A stretch of 63,978 nt of DNA, filler included, from Diploschistes diacapsis (Eukaryota): the NCBI GenBank assembly GCA_023645945.1. It is 4 parts of 4 records of this genome, joined end to end, with 100 filler letters (N's around TTAATTAATTAA, not from the genome) between each part and the next. Parts side by side here need not be neighbours in the genome. Positions count along the whole stretch, not along the records: positions 1 to 16,446 come from JALAIB010000506.1; 3 more parts are not named here. The stretch is one strand, 5' to 3'. The number at the start of each line of letters is the position of its first letter. The stretch's first letter is position 1. Below, one piece after another: positions 1 through 12,424 of this stretch. Made by a program: the position numbers and the translations under genes. The notes beneath the pieces are model-generated. The model had not been told where the DNA came from. It was given only the letters and a program-made list of their open reading frames with translations, and ran no database searches.

Positions 1-26
1 CAAAATACCCACTACCTCACAACCAG

Positions 27-744
27 CACACAATACTACTCCCTCTCGAAAGCCCACCACCCGGACCTCCACCCCAACGACGCCTCCGCCTCCAAACGCT
101 TCATCCGCATCTCCACCGCCTACGCGACCCTCGGCTCCGCCTCCAAGCGCGCCTCCTACGACCGCGATCTCGCCCGCGCCGACCCGTCTGCTTTCGGCAG
201 CAGCGGCCACGGTCCTCGCGGCGGCGGCGGCGCGCCCGCCGGCTCGCACTCCTCGGCGCAAGCACAGGCGCCATACGGTGCGCGCCCGGCGAGCGGGCTG
301 AACAAGAAGCGCGGCACGTTCCGCGGGCCGCCGCCGAGTTTCTATCGGAGCGGCGGATGGGGCAGCCAGGGGCCGAAGAGGAGGGCCGCTGCGGAGGGGG
401 CTGGCGCGAGCGCCGGCGGCGGGGCCGCGTCGTCTTCTGCCGGCACGACGGCACGCGGGACGGGCGGCGGATTCTCGCCGGGTCAGGGCGAAAGACACGC
501 GGATGCCAACGACGTGCCGCATTTCGATCGCGATGGGCATTACAGGAGGCAGGAGACGGTCGAGGAGAGGGCGAGGGTGCGGAAGCGGATACTGGCGGAC
601 AGGGCAGCGAGGATGCACGAGGGAGCAGATACCGGGTTGCTGGGGAGGCTTTTTGTAGTGAGTGCGGCGCTGGCGCTAGCGGGGGCCGTGACGCTCAGTT
701 TCAGGGGTGGGGCTGGTGAGGGGACGAAGGAAGAGCGAAAGTAA
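27..744 (+). CDS. DnaJ/J-domain co-chaperone with a C-terminal hydrophobic segment (5' exon(s) outside window)
   Basis: Frame 1 from 31 reads QYYSLSKAHHPDLHPNDASASKRFIRISTAYATLGSASKRASYDR (HPD motif, J-domain helices II-IV). It is in frame with ORF 514-744, which ends in LFVVSAALALAGAVTL. Likely acceptor AG at 25-26. Confidence 0.85.
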
Positions 745-1036
745 AATCGGGGTTAATAGCAATAAGGGACAAGGGGCAGGAGGCAGAGCTTACGTGGGAT
801 AGCGAACAGAATATCGCACAAAGAAAGCTTCTATGATCATACTAAGAGCACCAGAGCGCAGAGTTCTCATGTTCAAACCGCTTCTGAATTTGGTATATGA
901 ACGGCTTCCCCTGGTGATACATACGAATCGCTGAGAGCCAGACATACGCGTCTAACAACCTACAAATGTCTATGGCTCTTCCCAACCCATCCGCGATTTT
1001 CCTATTACGAATATTTTCCCTTTATGTACATTCCCT

Positions 1037-2270
1037 TCAACCGGTGAACTGGAAGTGAGCACCGACCTGCCAGTGATAAGCGGAACGAACATAAAATATA
1101 TAATAAGCTACTTACCTTATGAGAAGACTCGTTGAGCTTTTGGGTATCAAAAGATGCGCCAAGACCAAGCTGGAAGCCCGGGCGAAGGAGGACATTGTAG
1201 GCAACAGATGCGATACCGCGGTCATTGACCTTGGCCTAGGGAAGTCAGACACTAAAACAAACGAGCTGCATTTCTCACTGACCTTGGCAAAGGACATAGG
1301 GTCTAGACGGTACTTGGTAGCAACCTCAAGACCGACATTGTTACCGGCTTTCGAGTCCCAAGTAGCCTTGGCACCAGCCTCAACCTCGGAGTTAACCTTA
1401 TGGTAATACGAAGCAGCGAAGACGCTGAGGTTGTTTGTAGCAGTGACAGCGGCGCTATAGACGGGCTGTGTATAGCCAACGGCAGCAGAGTACCTGGTAA
1501 TAGCGGCCTTCTGGACATCGTATCCAGCCTCTGCGCCAACGAGAAAACCCTCATGGCCGACTGTTGCATCGACAGTAGCAACAGGTCCCTTCAGCAGGTC
1601 GAGGAAGACACGACCGTGAATATTGGGCTGCTTGAAGTACAGATTGGTCTTGGCGCCGTAGGCTTGCGTTGCTGGTAGGTAGTTGGTGAGGAGCTCTGCC
1701 TTGACACCCTTGGCGAGCTTGTTGTCCAGCTCAATCTTTGTGTCAAGGGAGTTGGCGGTTGTCCAAGTTTGTGTAATGGTGAGGCCTGAACGGCAATAGA
1801 ACATCAGTAACGATGCGGAACCGGGTTGAAGGAAGATCATGTGGTGGAAACAGTTCTGATAGAAGGGCGCTGGGGATTGTAGAAGAAAAGATAATTTGGA
1901 GAATAATATACCAGATGGTGCATCATTGTACTTCGCCTCTAGCTGTTCCCATGTATCAATGACTGCAAGCTAGACCTCCCAAAGCTGATGTTCTTACCGA
2001 AGCACTCGTCGCACTCTCGTGGGTGGATTTGCCCTTGACGTTGAAGGCCACGCCATTTGGGGCGGTCGACTTGACCTCGATGTTCGCTGATGCGGCTTAG
2101 CATGGGGAAGCATACAGGCGAGGGAAATTTTAAGACATACCAGCCTGTGTGTGGTAGAAGTCCTTGTTAAGAAGCTGCGAGGCGTCAGTTCTGGGCTCAA
2201 CACCTAATGCCTGGACACTCACATCATTGGCCGCTTTAGCAATGTCTGAAAACGCGGGTGGAGTAGCCAT
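1037..2270 (-). CDS. POR1: Mitochondrial outer membrane porin (VDAC), multi-exon
   Basis: Spliced translation MATPPAFSDIAKAAND..LLNKDFYH..EVKSTAPNGVAFNVKGKS..GLTITQTWTTAN..VGHEGFLVGAEAGYD..YYHKVNSEVEAGAKATWDSK..VGAHFQFTG*. GT-AG introns; stop TGA at 1037-1039. Confidence 0.96.
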
Positions 2271-2721
2271 CGTGCTTGCAGAATCGAGAATTACAGAGTA
2301 CAGGAGATCTAAATGTTTGGGTTTGGGGAATGCCTGGAGCGAAGTGTTAACAGTGTCTGATTATTTGCTCGGGAGAAGAAACAGAAGAGAAGGAAAAGGT
2401 CGGAACTAGTAGGAAAGAGCTGGTGTCGCCGTTGATTGGCTGCCTCTATATTTAAAGCTCGTGCATTGACACCCCGGGTGGATTGTTTGTCCGCTACCGA
2501 ATCTTTCAAGTTTGCGTCTATTGACCAACTTGAGTGGTTGACTACTCTTCACGCTACTATTTAAGTCTTAGGGTTCCTATTCCGTAGCCTAGGAGATCGA
2601 CCGTAGTCACAAATTCCCAATAACATGATCATATAACAATATTAATTATACAATACTGATTTCAGAGGTCTTAATTGACCGTACAATGTGTACAATTAGT
2701 TGTTTTTCATTCAATTACTCG

Positions 2722-3619
2722 TCACTCTTCTCCGGAGCCCGAGTTGCTGCTGACTAGAATGGCAGAGTCATAGTACGGCGAAGTCGAAACTTGCTGGCAG
2801 GTGGTACTGAAGTGCAGGTAGCAGTTGTTATCGGTAGGGTACAGCCCAGTGAAGGTAACGGAAATGCAAGGTTGGTCGTAAGAATCGCTAGGTGGGTTGG
2901 GAACGAAGGCGTCGCAGGCGTTTAGGCAGTCCTGCATGGTGGGAGCATAGGTAGCCGGGTCGTCCTGGTACAAGATATCCCAACCGCAGTAGATCTCATA
3001 GGTCTTGCCGGCGGATGTGGTTACATTAGAGTGGTCGGCATATGGGCACGGGGATGGAGATTGAGGGTTGAGAGTGGTTGCTGAGCCGGAGGTGGCAGCA
3101 CCAGTAGGTTCCGAGGGAGTGCTGGAGGTAACAACGGTTGTAGCTGCGGCAGTGCTCGTGGCTTGAACTGCGTTCGCCGAGCTAGATGGGGCGGAGGATG
3201 GCGTAGCTGACGACGTGGATGAAGTAGCAGTATTAAAGTAGCAGCTATCGAGGAATTAGCGAAACATTTTTTGAATGCATTAATACAATCCTGGCCCTAC
3301 CTGCAGACGCTGTAGATCTGGTCCGAGTCGCAGCCATCAAGACTGCTGTAAGCAGGTGGAGGTGGCACGTTGCCTGGGCCGCTGCATGGCTGCGTTAAAA
3401 AAGGGCACTGGATAACGGAAGTAGGGACATTGCCGTTGGATCGTACTTACGCCGCGAGGTACGCAGGGCACTGCTGAGGGTGAGGGATCTGGGAGATCTT
3501 TTGTGAGCAATCATCGTGGACACAGACTGGTACAGGCGTGGTCATAGGGTTGCTGGAGCAGCTAAAGCGAGGCTGACCAGGGGAAGGATAGCGACGCGAG
3601 TAGAAGTGAACGACACCAT
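2722..3619 (-). pseudogene. Secreted Cys-rich / Ser-Thr linker / PAN-Apple-like protein, frameshifted just after the signal peptide
   Basis: ATG 3619 gives MVSFTSTRVAILPLVSLALAAPATL*. A shifted frame continues MTTPVPVCVHDDCSQKISQIPHPQQCPAYLA, then introns (donors 3450 and 3300), DGCDSDQIYSVCSCYF, an S/T/A linker, and CPYADHSNVTTSAGKTYEIYCGWD..MQDCLNACD..CISVTF..CYL. Confidence 0.65.
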
Positions 3620-4471
3620 TTTGAACGAGTGACTGAACAACGCGAGTAGCTGGAGTGCAGATACACGAAACAGCAAACAGAAGATCGACGAGTCGGAAGA
3701 AAGGGGGATGGGGGCAAGGATGCTCCTTTAAATCATCCTACCTAGCAGGCTAACAGAGCACTTGGACAACATCGTGGAGTCAAACGGACACGGAGAATCA
3801 TCAGCATCCTAATACGGCGGAACAAGGAGGCTACTAGCCAACCACGGTGCCTTAGGTTGCCTGGGAGCCGGGCATTCGACATAATTTTTCTTCAGCGAAG
3901 GATAGGGCTTCAGTAACTATGATAGCTGTCCATAGCTGAAAGCCAGCATCGAGAAGTTGAGTTAGTCTTGCCCGGTATGTATGTCGACGGTGGTGAAGTA
4001 CGTCCTTAGTGATTACGTTAAATTAGTGGCGTCAATATTGAGTAGCCGGCTTACCTCCAAAGCATACGGTACGAAATCCTACGTTTATTCACCTGGCTAT
4101 TCACCTGCCTGCGTACAGACAACAGACTTTGGCTATGAGAAGTCTGCATTATTTCTTTTAGCCTTTGCATGCATATTCTCGAGTACATACATGCCCTCTG
4201 GAGCCAGCACCGTTGAGGCACAAGTTCACAACTTGCCTTGAACACAAGTCATATAAAAGAACAGCCTTCTGGCTTGGCATGCTGTGAGGCTGCCTCCTCA
4301 ATTGTCGCATTGTCCGGTCAAGTGGAATTTTGTTCCTTGAAAGTCAATGCTACTCAAAGCCACCGGTTTTAGGCCGAGGGCCCATTCAAAGAGTCGGGGC
4401 GGTTCTTGTCCGCAGACTTCGTGTCGGTTTAAGGGAATCTTGCAGGCCAAGAGCCATTCCAAACAGAATCC

Positions 4472-4864
4472 ATGCCTTACCGCATCCTTATCACCACTCA
4501 TCACATCACCTCGCGGGCCAAGATTCAAAGTCTAATCAGAGCAGCCGAGGCTCACCGTGTCTCAGCCGTGCTCAAAACAACCATAAAGCCTCCAGGAGTC
4601 ATGATCTGTGAAGGTGATGTGGAGAGTGATGCACGTGCTTGGCTCGCCTTTGTGCGAACTCGCAGGTATAAGGGTCTACGGTTCATGAAAGGCGAGGACG
4701 TTGCAGGACCAAGGACCGTGAATGATGGCAAAGATGGCGTCAAGATCACGGAAGGTACTGAAGGATTCGTGGAAGAATTGCAGAGACTGGACAGATTAGG
4801 AAATCAGCATGAGCCCCTTCAAGAATGGTGGAAGCGATCAATGGGATTCAGAGCTTCTCGCTAG
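4472..4864 (+). CDS. Small DUF1115-like (RWDD2/Prp3 C-terminal-type) domain protein
   Basis: RILITTHHITSRAK..KPPGVMICEG..AWLAFVRTRRYK matches my recollection of the DUF1115 motif pattern. TATAAA near 4252. Confidence 0.6.
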   Translation: MPYRILITTHHITSRAKIQSLIRAAEAHRVSAVLKTTIKPPGVMICEGDVESDARAWLAFVRTRRYKGLRFMKGEDVAGPRTVNDGKDGVKITEGTEGFVEELQRLDRLGNQHEPLQEWWKRSMGFRASR

Positions 4865-5921
4865 GTCGCGGAAATAGGAATGGAACACTACTTGCAACTT
4901 CTTCAGGAAGCTCTGTATAAATACAACGATGATCTGCCTTTAAAGCTGTCACTAAAGCTCATCTCAGTAAACAGCGCCTTCTCTTGCTCGTCAGTATACG
5001 ACATATTGGCGACTCGAGCCCGTATGGACTCGTTGCCCTTAAAACCACTCATCAAACGCCTCTATCTTCAGTACATCTTCATAACGGCTCTTGGGAACAA
5101 GCCAATGAGGAGACTCGGGAGGCAAATAGCGAGGTGACTAAGATTGCTATGGGAAAAGCCTTTGCACAGCAAAGGCAATCTTGTATTGTATATCTCTCAG
5201 CTCACCGAGCAGGCCTCTGAAGACATCGGCAGCTACTATCTGAACAAGGAGGCAGCAGACGTTGGCGTAGGTCATCAGATATTATGAGCGAATAGTGCGC
5301 TATCAAGCATTCCTTATATAGAAACGAGATGCTAATGATCTTGAACATAGCTTTTTAATTCCACAGCTCCTCCAGTTTATCCCATGGCAGGCGATATTAG
5401 GGGTATTCAGCAGCACTTTGGCTGCTTTCTTGCCTGCGAACGAGAGCTGATTAGTTTCTGAGCTATACCTGAATCTGTCGAACCAATTCGATCTCGCTCG
5501 CATGGTACTTAGAAAGCAGCGGAAGTGCTGCTGATCACCCCCTATTAATGATAGATTGCACAGCAAAGACCTCTTCCGCCATTTCCTATGCACACAAGAG
5601 CTATAAACAAAAACCAAAAGGTCCCCGGAGAGCTTCAAGTATTTTATACCTGTTGTGTAGTCATTCTCTTTGATCTTTTGTGTCTGGCAATATCGCCTGC
5701 ATGGGTAGAACACTGAAGTGATCTGTTCAGGTTGTGTGAATAACTGACACCGGAAAAATGGTTTCAACGTATATTCGGCCCGGTGCATCTCAACCCTTCC
5801 AATGGATTATTGTTAGATCTGTCAGTTCCCATTGCCGGTATTTTTCATGTACTAAGTTTGATGGGCAGAACCAGAATAATGCCATCGTGCCGCTCTTTGT
5901 CCATTTTCTTGGTAGATGTTC

Positions 5922-8900
5922 ATGGCAGATATCAGACCTCTGCCACCTGAAGTAGCCACCCAGATCAAGTCCTCGACTACTATATCGTCGTTGTCAGATG
6001 TAGTTTGCGGGCTTATAGAGAATGCATTAGATGCAAACGCTAGAAGAATTGATATCAGCATTGATTTCGGCAAAGCTTCGTGCTCGGTGGAAGATGATGG
6101 CTGGGGCATTGCACCGGCAGACTTCGGGGAAAGTGGCGGATTAGGAAAGCCATACCGTTGAGTGATACTGGTGCCAGACGTTGAAGGAATCAGCCGCTAA
6201 TTCTCTTAGATACCTCAAAACATGATACTCATTCACCTCAGTATGTGTCTCATGGGACTTTCCTGTCTTCAGTGTCTGCATTATCGATCATCAGTATCAC
6301 TTCTCGTCATATTGCTCATCCTACCATAAATGGGCTCATACTGCACCATGCAAAGTCGGCTTCGAGGCTCATTCCTGCCCCTGCACATATGCAACTAGCG
6401 CATCGAGACCATGGCACAAAGATTGTAGTCCATGATCTGTTCGGGAATATGCCAGTACGCGTGAAGCAGAGGCCAGTAGATGATGCAGCTTTTAAGGCTA
6501 GGGAGAGAGTCTGGACAATCGTTTGTCGACTCGTGACTGGCATGGTTCTTGCATCAGGTAGGCCGTTGTTTCTTGCCATGAGGGCCTCAGATAAGGAGCA
6601 CATCTATCGACTTAGGACTTTACCTCACATATCCAACAACACATCAAAGACCTTTGGTCTTACTGATGGTCCAAGTTCTTTCGATACCTCCCTGATTCGC
6701 TCCAGCCTCGTTCAAGGCATGGGCCTCGATCCAGCCTCGTGGAGCTCCTGGGTCAAGACTTCCGCAAGAACATCTACTTTAACCGTGCGTGCATTGATTT
6801 CTTTGGAGCCTGCACCCTCGAGGCAACTCCAATTTCTCTCTGTGGGTGATCGATTCATCTCTCCGATCCACGGACACAATGTACTATACGAATCCATAAA
6901 TCAACAGTTCACCAACTCATCATTCGCAGTGCGCGAGGAAGAGCAGGGAAAGCGCTCGAAGGATATATGGTTAACAAACAAGCAGGTTAAGAGTGCCAGT
7001 AGAGTTGTTGATCGCTGGCCAATGTTTTTCATTCGTATAGACTGCAATAGTCAACACGATCCTGACCCAGTACGATCGAGCAGCAGATTCAAGAGCAATG
7101 ACAGAGTGAGGGTAGCTACAGAGGTACTCAACACCATGATTACAAGCTTTCTCAAAGCACACCACTTCAAGCCGCATAAGCAAAGGACTACAAGGAGCGA
7201 AAAGCCTCCGACAAGCGGCATCACCAATCCGAGAAGTTTGTCGCCTATCAAAACAAGACAAGAAGAACATAAGCAAAAAGCGGGCAAGCGCGATTATATC
7301 AGTCGTCTTCTCAATCCTGACGGGTTCGAAACGAAGTCTAATTTTTTCGGCGATTTAGGTATGGAGGTCAGATTCCCCATGAACGACAAGAGCAAGGACC
7401 TCTTTAAATTCCTGGACACTACTCCAAGGAGCCGAGTTAAGGCAGACTCGAAATGCGACCTTGAAAACCTGTTCCATCTAAGAGTCCTGGCGAATAATGT
7501 AGATTCGACGTTTGCGGCGTCCTTTCCCGTTACTCCTAGAAAAGCACATGACACGTTCGAAGATTCATCCTGTTCTGTTGATTTGATAGATGAAACTTCG
7601 GCGGAACAGGGAAGCGTTCAAAATGGCAGCGGAAATGGGGACAATGTTATCCGATGGATCCATCCTGCCACTAAAGAGCTTCTTATACTCAATGGCCGTA
7701 CAGGCTGCGTCATTGATGCCACACCAAGCTCGCCACCTGCTTCTGTCGATGATAGAGCAATGCAAAGCGCGGTGAGCAGGAACCAGCTCTGCTTATCAAA
7801 AAGACTAAACCGAACATCGATCGGATATGTTCAACCAGAGGACGGCTCCTGGGTTTGTAAGTTCTTTGACAACTGGGAAAATCCAGTGTTCGAAAAGACG
7901 GAAGAGGCAATTCCGCAAATCTTATCAGAAGCACTGGAAAGTGACTTTCACAATCTTGGTAGTTGCGGTACTACCACGTATGGAAAGTCAAATCAAGACT
8001 CAACAACACTGTCTCTTCAGTCAAGGCTGTCCAAAAGGAATATACGAAATGCAGTTGTTATTTCGCAAGTGGACTCTAAGTTCATCCTGGTAAAGTCCAA
8101 GGCAACAGTAGCCCGTGGTGCTCTAGAACGACAGGGGCAAAGTTTGCTTGTTCTTGTGGACCAGCACGCTGCTGATGAGAGGATAAAGGTAGAACAGCTA
8201 TTAAGTCAGCTATGCATGAATGCTTCAGACATCACAAGAAGCGTGATCTCTCCCTTAGGTTACAAGTCCAAGATCGAAACAACGTCATTACAGCGGCCAA
8301 TATTCTTCGAGCTACACAATCGCGAAAATGCAATCTTCAAACGACATGCTCCGTATTTCGCACGCTGGGGTATTCTTTACGATCTCTTATCGACTCATAC
8401 TGGCCCGTCAACTGTTGAGTCACGCAACATTTGCCGGCTTGTTGTCCTCACCCTCCCGCCTGGAATTGCAGAGCGTTGCCGGATCGAGCCTAAAGTTTTA
8501 ATTGAGATGCTGCGCAACGAGGCATGGAAAAGGGAGGAGTCGACAATACATAATCCCAATGCTGAACACGAAATACAGCTGTCTTCGCAACAGGAACCAC
8601 AAAGACAGCCGTCGTGGTTGCGTCATATCGGTGATTGTCCGCAAGGGATACTCGAGATGTTGAACTCGAGATCATGTCGCAGTGCCATCATGTTCAACGA
8701 TGAGCTCTCGCAGCAACAGTGCGAAGACCTCATCAAGAACTTAGCAGACTGCCAGCTGCCTTTTCAATGCGCCCATGGCAGGCCGACAATGGTACCCTTA
8801 ATAGATTTCGGAACTCTTCATAGCCTGGGAAATAGAGATGAGAGTTTGGGGCAGAGGATGGGAAAGGAGGTAAATTTCCAGACAGCTTGGAAGCAATGGA

Positions 8901-8932
8901 CTCAGGAAAATCTACCATCACCTGACCCCTGA
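5922..8932 (+). CDS. MLH3: MutL-family mismatch repair / meiotic crossover endonuclease Mlh3
   Basis: GHKL ATPase N-terminus (IENALDANA, VEDDGWGI). Intron 6157-6209 joins ..GKPY-H-TSK. DLFGNMPVRVK. C-terminal DQHAADERIKVE, SCRSAIMFND and CAHGRPT. Alternative start at 5916. Confidence 0.93.
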
Positions 8933-9621
8933 CGGGGGCCTTGCTTATCGATCTTTTTCTGATTGTTCATATCGGCGTTTGCTCATTCTGATGGTCGCAT
9001 GATACCCATCTAGGTTAGAATATTGAAGCAATCTATTCTCTTTCCTTTAATTCTGCTCTCCTTCTAAAACATAATTTCCGCTTATCGGGACCGCCTCGCT
9101 CCTCCGCTCCTTGATCTCATAGCCTGCTTTTCCTTCCTCCGCAACGTTGATCCCTATCTTCACCGCCTCCGGCAACAACCTCGCTGCCCTCTGCTTCTCC
9201 ATCTGCACTAGTACGTAATCCAAAAGCACGAGGCTTCTCCTTCCCATTCATATTCCCAAAAGGGTCTGCTCCTGGGATAACGTAAGAATCATGTCCGCTA
9301 CCTATACCCTTTGCATACATGGACAGAGGGTGTGAGTGAGGATCGACCACATTTTTTGAGCAACTGAGAATGCGAAATAAGGAAAGTGAGTATCGATGGA
9401 TCTCGGATTTTTAGGCTGGAACCTTCAACAGAAGATTGACAATCAGATGAATTAATGTCGCATTACACTGGCCACTGCATACTGGGGGGTGAAATCTTGG
9501 TATGTGAACAAGTTCCATTGTTCTTTGGAAATCGGATATTTAGCCGGTCGGTCCGAGTAAAGTTTTTTTCCATCTCGGTTTTTGTCATTGCTTCTCATGA
9601 TCAAAGCCTACTTCCTTTTCC

Positions 9622-10986
9622 ATGATCACACTTTGCAGAGCGATCCAATGTCGTCAAATCACTAGGTATCGTGTCTTATCGAATCTCAGACCACTCTCAA
9701 TACGATCCTCTGACTTCTCGAATATAATATCGGAGCCTTCGTCCAGATATCAACTTTATATCTCTGGTAGCAATGATCCGGTCTTCAACCTCTCCGTTGA
9801 GCATTATCTGCTTCAATCGACCAGCCCTACGACAACAATACTTTTACTTTACATAAATCGTCCATGCATTGTTATCGGGCGCAACCAGAACCCATGGCTT
9901 GAGACTAATTTGAACGCGCTACCGACTGTCCCAATCGCTATTTCCAGCAGAAGTACGAGCGGACCACTGCGGGAGCGACTGGAAATCATTCGTCGTCGCT
10001 CTGGTGGAGGCACTGTGTTCCATGATTACGGTAATGTTAACTTCAGTGTCATATGCCAACCGGAATCCTTTACAAGGGACAAACATGCCGAAATGGTTGT
10101 GCGTGCCATCAGGCAGAACAACCCAAGGGCACGCGTGAATGAACGACATGACATTGTTCTGGACACAGGTTCACCGCTCGAAGAAGCCGCACACCTGGCT
10201 GGCCAAGACACGCATCACACGGCTTACGAACCAGGTTCGCCACTAAAGGTGTCTGGCTCCGCTTACAAGCTCACAAGAACTAGAGCTCTGCATCACGGGA
10301 CATGTCTTGTCAACTCAGAGAGAGTGGGAATGATCTCAGGACTACTTAGAAGCCCGTTGGCCCCTTTTGTGAAAGCTCGAGGCGTGGATAGTGTGAAGAG
10401 TGCTGTGGGGAACGTATACGGCACGCAATACGGAGGTGCTGTTGAACTATTTAAGGCAAATGTCATTCAGGAGTTTTGTCGTACGTACGCTATAGATGCG
10501 GCTATAGGTCGGCAACTTCTGCGGCTGGATTCTGCGACCACCCTGGAGACGTTCGATAATGGTATCTATGGGGTTCTGGACGAGGATCTTGGTAAGATCG
10601 AGAAGATCAAGGAAGGGATGTGGGAGATGAGGTCCACGGACTGGCTCTATGGTCAAACACCTCAATTTACCTTCAGTACGTTCTCGACCGCGGATGACCC
10701 TAGGCCGAGGCCGCTGCCGCCTTCGCCGATTCCTTCTTCTTCTAGGGTCCATTTCACTGCTCGCGGCAGCCGCATCACCTCGGCGGAGTTTGCGCTCTCT
10801 CCATCAACTATACTAGACTCGAATTGTATTGTGGGTCAGGAGCTCCATCGTTTGGACACCTGGAAGAAGCTCCTGCGCATCGATAAAGCTCGAAGTAAGG
10901 AACAAGGAGAAGATGAGAGCAATGTGCTCGCTTTAGCGGACTGGCTTGATGAGATCTTTGGCATGAGGACCTATTGTAGCGCATAG
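9622..10986 (+). CDS. AIM22: Mitochondrial lipoate-protein ligase A / lipoyltransferase
   Basis: NLSVEHYLL, IVIGRNQNPWLE, RRRSGGGTVFHDYGNVNFS, KVSGSAYKL, HHGTCL, WLYGQTPQF; basic N-terminal presequence. Confidence 0.93.
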   Translation: MITLCRAIQCRQITRYRVLSNLRPLSIRSSDFSNIISEPSSRYQLYISGSNDPVFNLSVEHYLLQSTSPTTTILLLYINRPCIVIGRNQNPWLETNLNALPTVPIAISSRSTSGPLRERLEIIRRRSGGGTVFHDYGNVNFSVICQPESFTRDKHAEMVVRAIRQNNPRARVNERHDIVLDTGSPLEEAAHLAGQDTHHTAYEPGSPLKVSGSAYKLTRTRALHHGTCLVNSERVGMISGLLRSPLAPFVKARGVDSVKSAVGNVYGTQYGGAVELFKANVIQEFCRTYAIDAAIGRQLLRLDSATTLETFDNGIYGVLDEDLGKIEKIKEGMWEMRSTDWLYGQTPQFTFSTFSTADDPRPRPLPPSPIPSSSRVHFTARGSRITSAEFALSPSTILDSNCIVGQELHRLDTWKKLLRIDKARSKEQGEDESNVLALADWLDEIFGMRTYCSA

Positions 10987-11471
10987 CTCCCGGAACAAGG
11001 GTTGATCTGGACCGGACGAGGAAACTTTACGCTTGCCTGAACCGTGGCAACCTGCATCTGAGAGCATATCGCCGCGTATTGAAACCCCCGCTGTCGCAGC
11101 ACGGAATTTTTCTGGGTGTGCTGGTGTGGGATCAAGACGGTCGAGCATCTGCATGGGATCCCTTTGGTATTCAGGTTATTGTTGACACTGGATTCATCTT
11201 TCTGCACAGCATAAGCGCAGTTTCTCATGAGACTTACTCTTTTAGGCAGGTCCTCTAATCAATACGTAAAGCGGAAGAATAGAGTTCCTTTTCAAACACG
11301 TTATAAGCAAAAATTGTGCGGACTGTCGAGGTATCCATACAGTGGTATCTTGTATGGGTCACTAACTACCTCATATACTTGGCTACCCGTGAGTGTATGT
11401 GGTTAATCGTGAGGCCTGTTTGTAATAAGATATCAACAAACGGTGAACATAGGAAAGGAGCTCTTTGGCCT

Positions 11472-11501
11472 GAGCTCGAGCTCGAGCTTGAGCTTGAGCT
11501 T
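11472..11501. repeat. (GAGCTY)5 hexanucleotide microsatellite
   Basis: gagctcgagctcgagcttgagcttgagctt read directly. Confidence 0.8.
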
Positions 11502-12424
11502 GGGGTGGGGGCTACATTGTAAGCAGTCTCGTTTTGGCAATCGGCATGGGCTCCCTGCGCTTGTTATAGGATTTCGCCCAAGCTCGACTGCATCTTTTGG
11601 ATTCATCCTTCTCTCCGGCGTTGCTAGGCCTCAAAGTGGGTAGTTCAGACTGTGCAGTTTTCAAGCTTGCTGGGCGGGCTAATTTGAGATTAAGGCCGAA
11701 TAAGGTGGGCACGTTGTTCGGATCCAAGTATGTAACAGGAAGTCGGATGGACCCTGGGTGCCCTTCTTCGCTTCCATCTAAATACACACAACACTTTGCG
11801 TTTACTTGTGTACCCTACAGTAATCCCAATATCTCACGGTTTCCTCCTCTACATCCATTTCCCGCTCTTATCCCCAAACTTAAACTTCGAACCCCAGTTT
11901 CTAAGTCCGGAGGTTCGTTGCGTTCGTGCAAATTTCCCTTTGTATTTGCATTTGCATTTAGCAATGGACCCAATGCAGGAACACGCCTCCATCTGTTTCG
12001 CTCGCACCAGGCATCGGTAGCCCGGTCTTGCGGTTGGTGCCTTCCCTTCCATTGCGCTGCCTCCACCGTGGGCTTTGCATCTGCTTTGTCCACCTTAAAG
12101 ATTCGGCAAATGCAACGCTTTGGCATGGACTAACACGCGGGTAGCATTTGCCTCCCTCTATCCCGCCGAGGAGGGCTGTGTGCCTGGGACTAATCGCAAT
12201 CTCGACTCGACTGGCAATACAGGTTTGGAATTTCGACTGCATTCGTTACTACGACGCCCACTCTTCTCGGCTCCCACATAGTTTCCGTCAATCTCTATAG
12301 ACGGAATATCCTCTGCTTCAGCGTTCACACAGGGACATCATATATCTTGTGTAATATCTGGACCTCAACGAGCAAAGAAGCTCGCGAACGCTTCGTTGCA
12401 GTGCCGGCTATCGCAGCAGTCCTC

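Noticed and set aside
101..719. Arg-rich ORFs 101-454 (-) and 357-719 (+)
   Set aside because: Alternative frames of the GC-rich J-domain gene.
5303..5788. 161-aa ORF divergent from MLH3
   Set aside because: No recognisable motif or coding-like composition.
9047..9352. Possible small spliced gene on - between MLH3 and AIM22 (MWSILTHTLCP|GTATGC..)
   Set aside because: No splice choice gave a recognisable or clearly intact product.
11512..12242. Cluster of 70-180-aa ORFs upstream of the phosphatase
   Set aside because: Pyrimidine-rich promoter/leader-like DNA; no domain signal.
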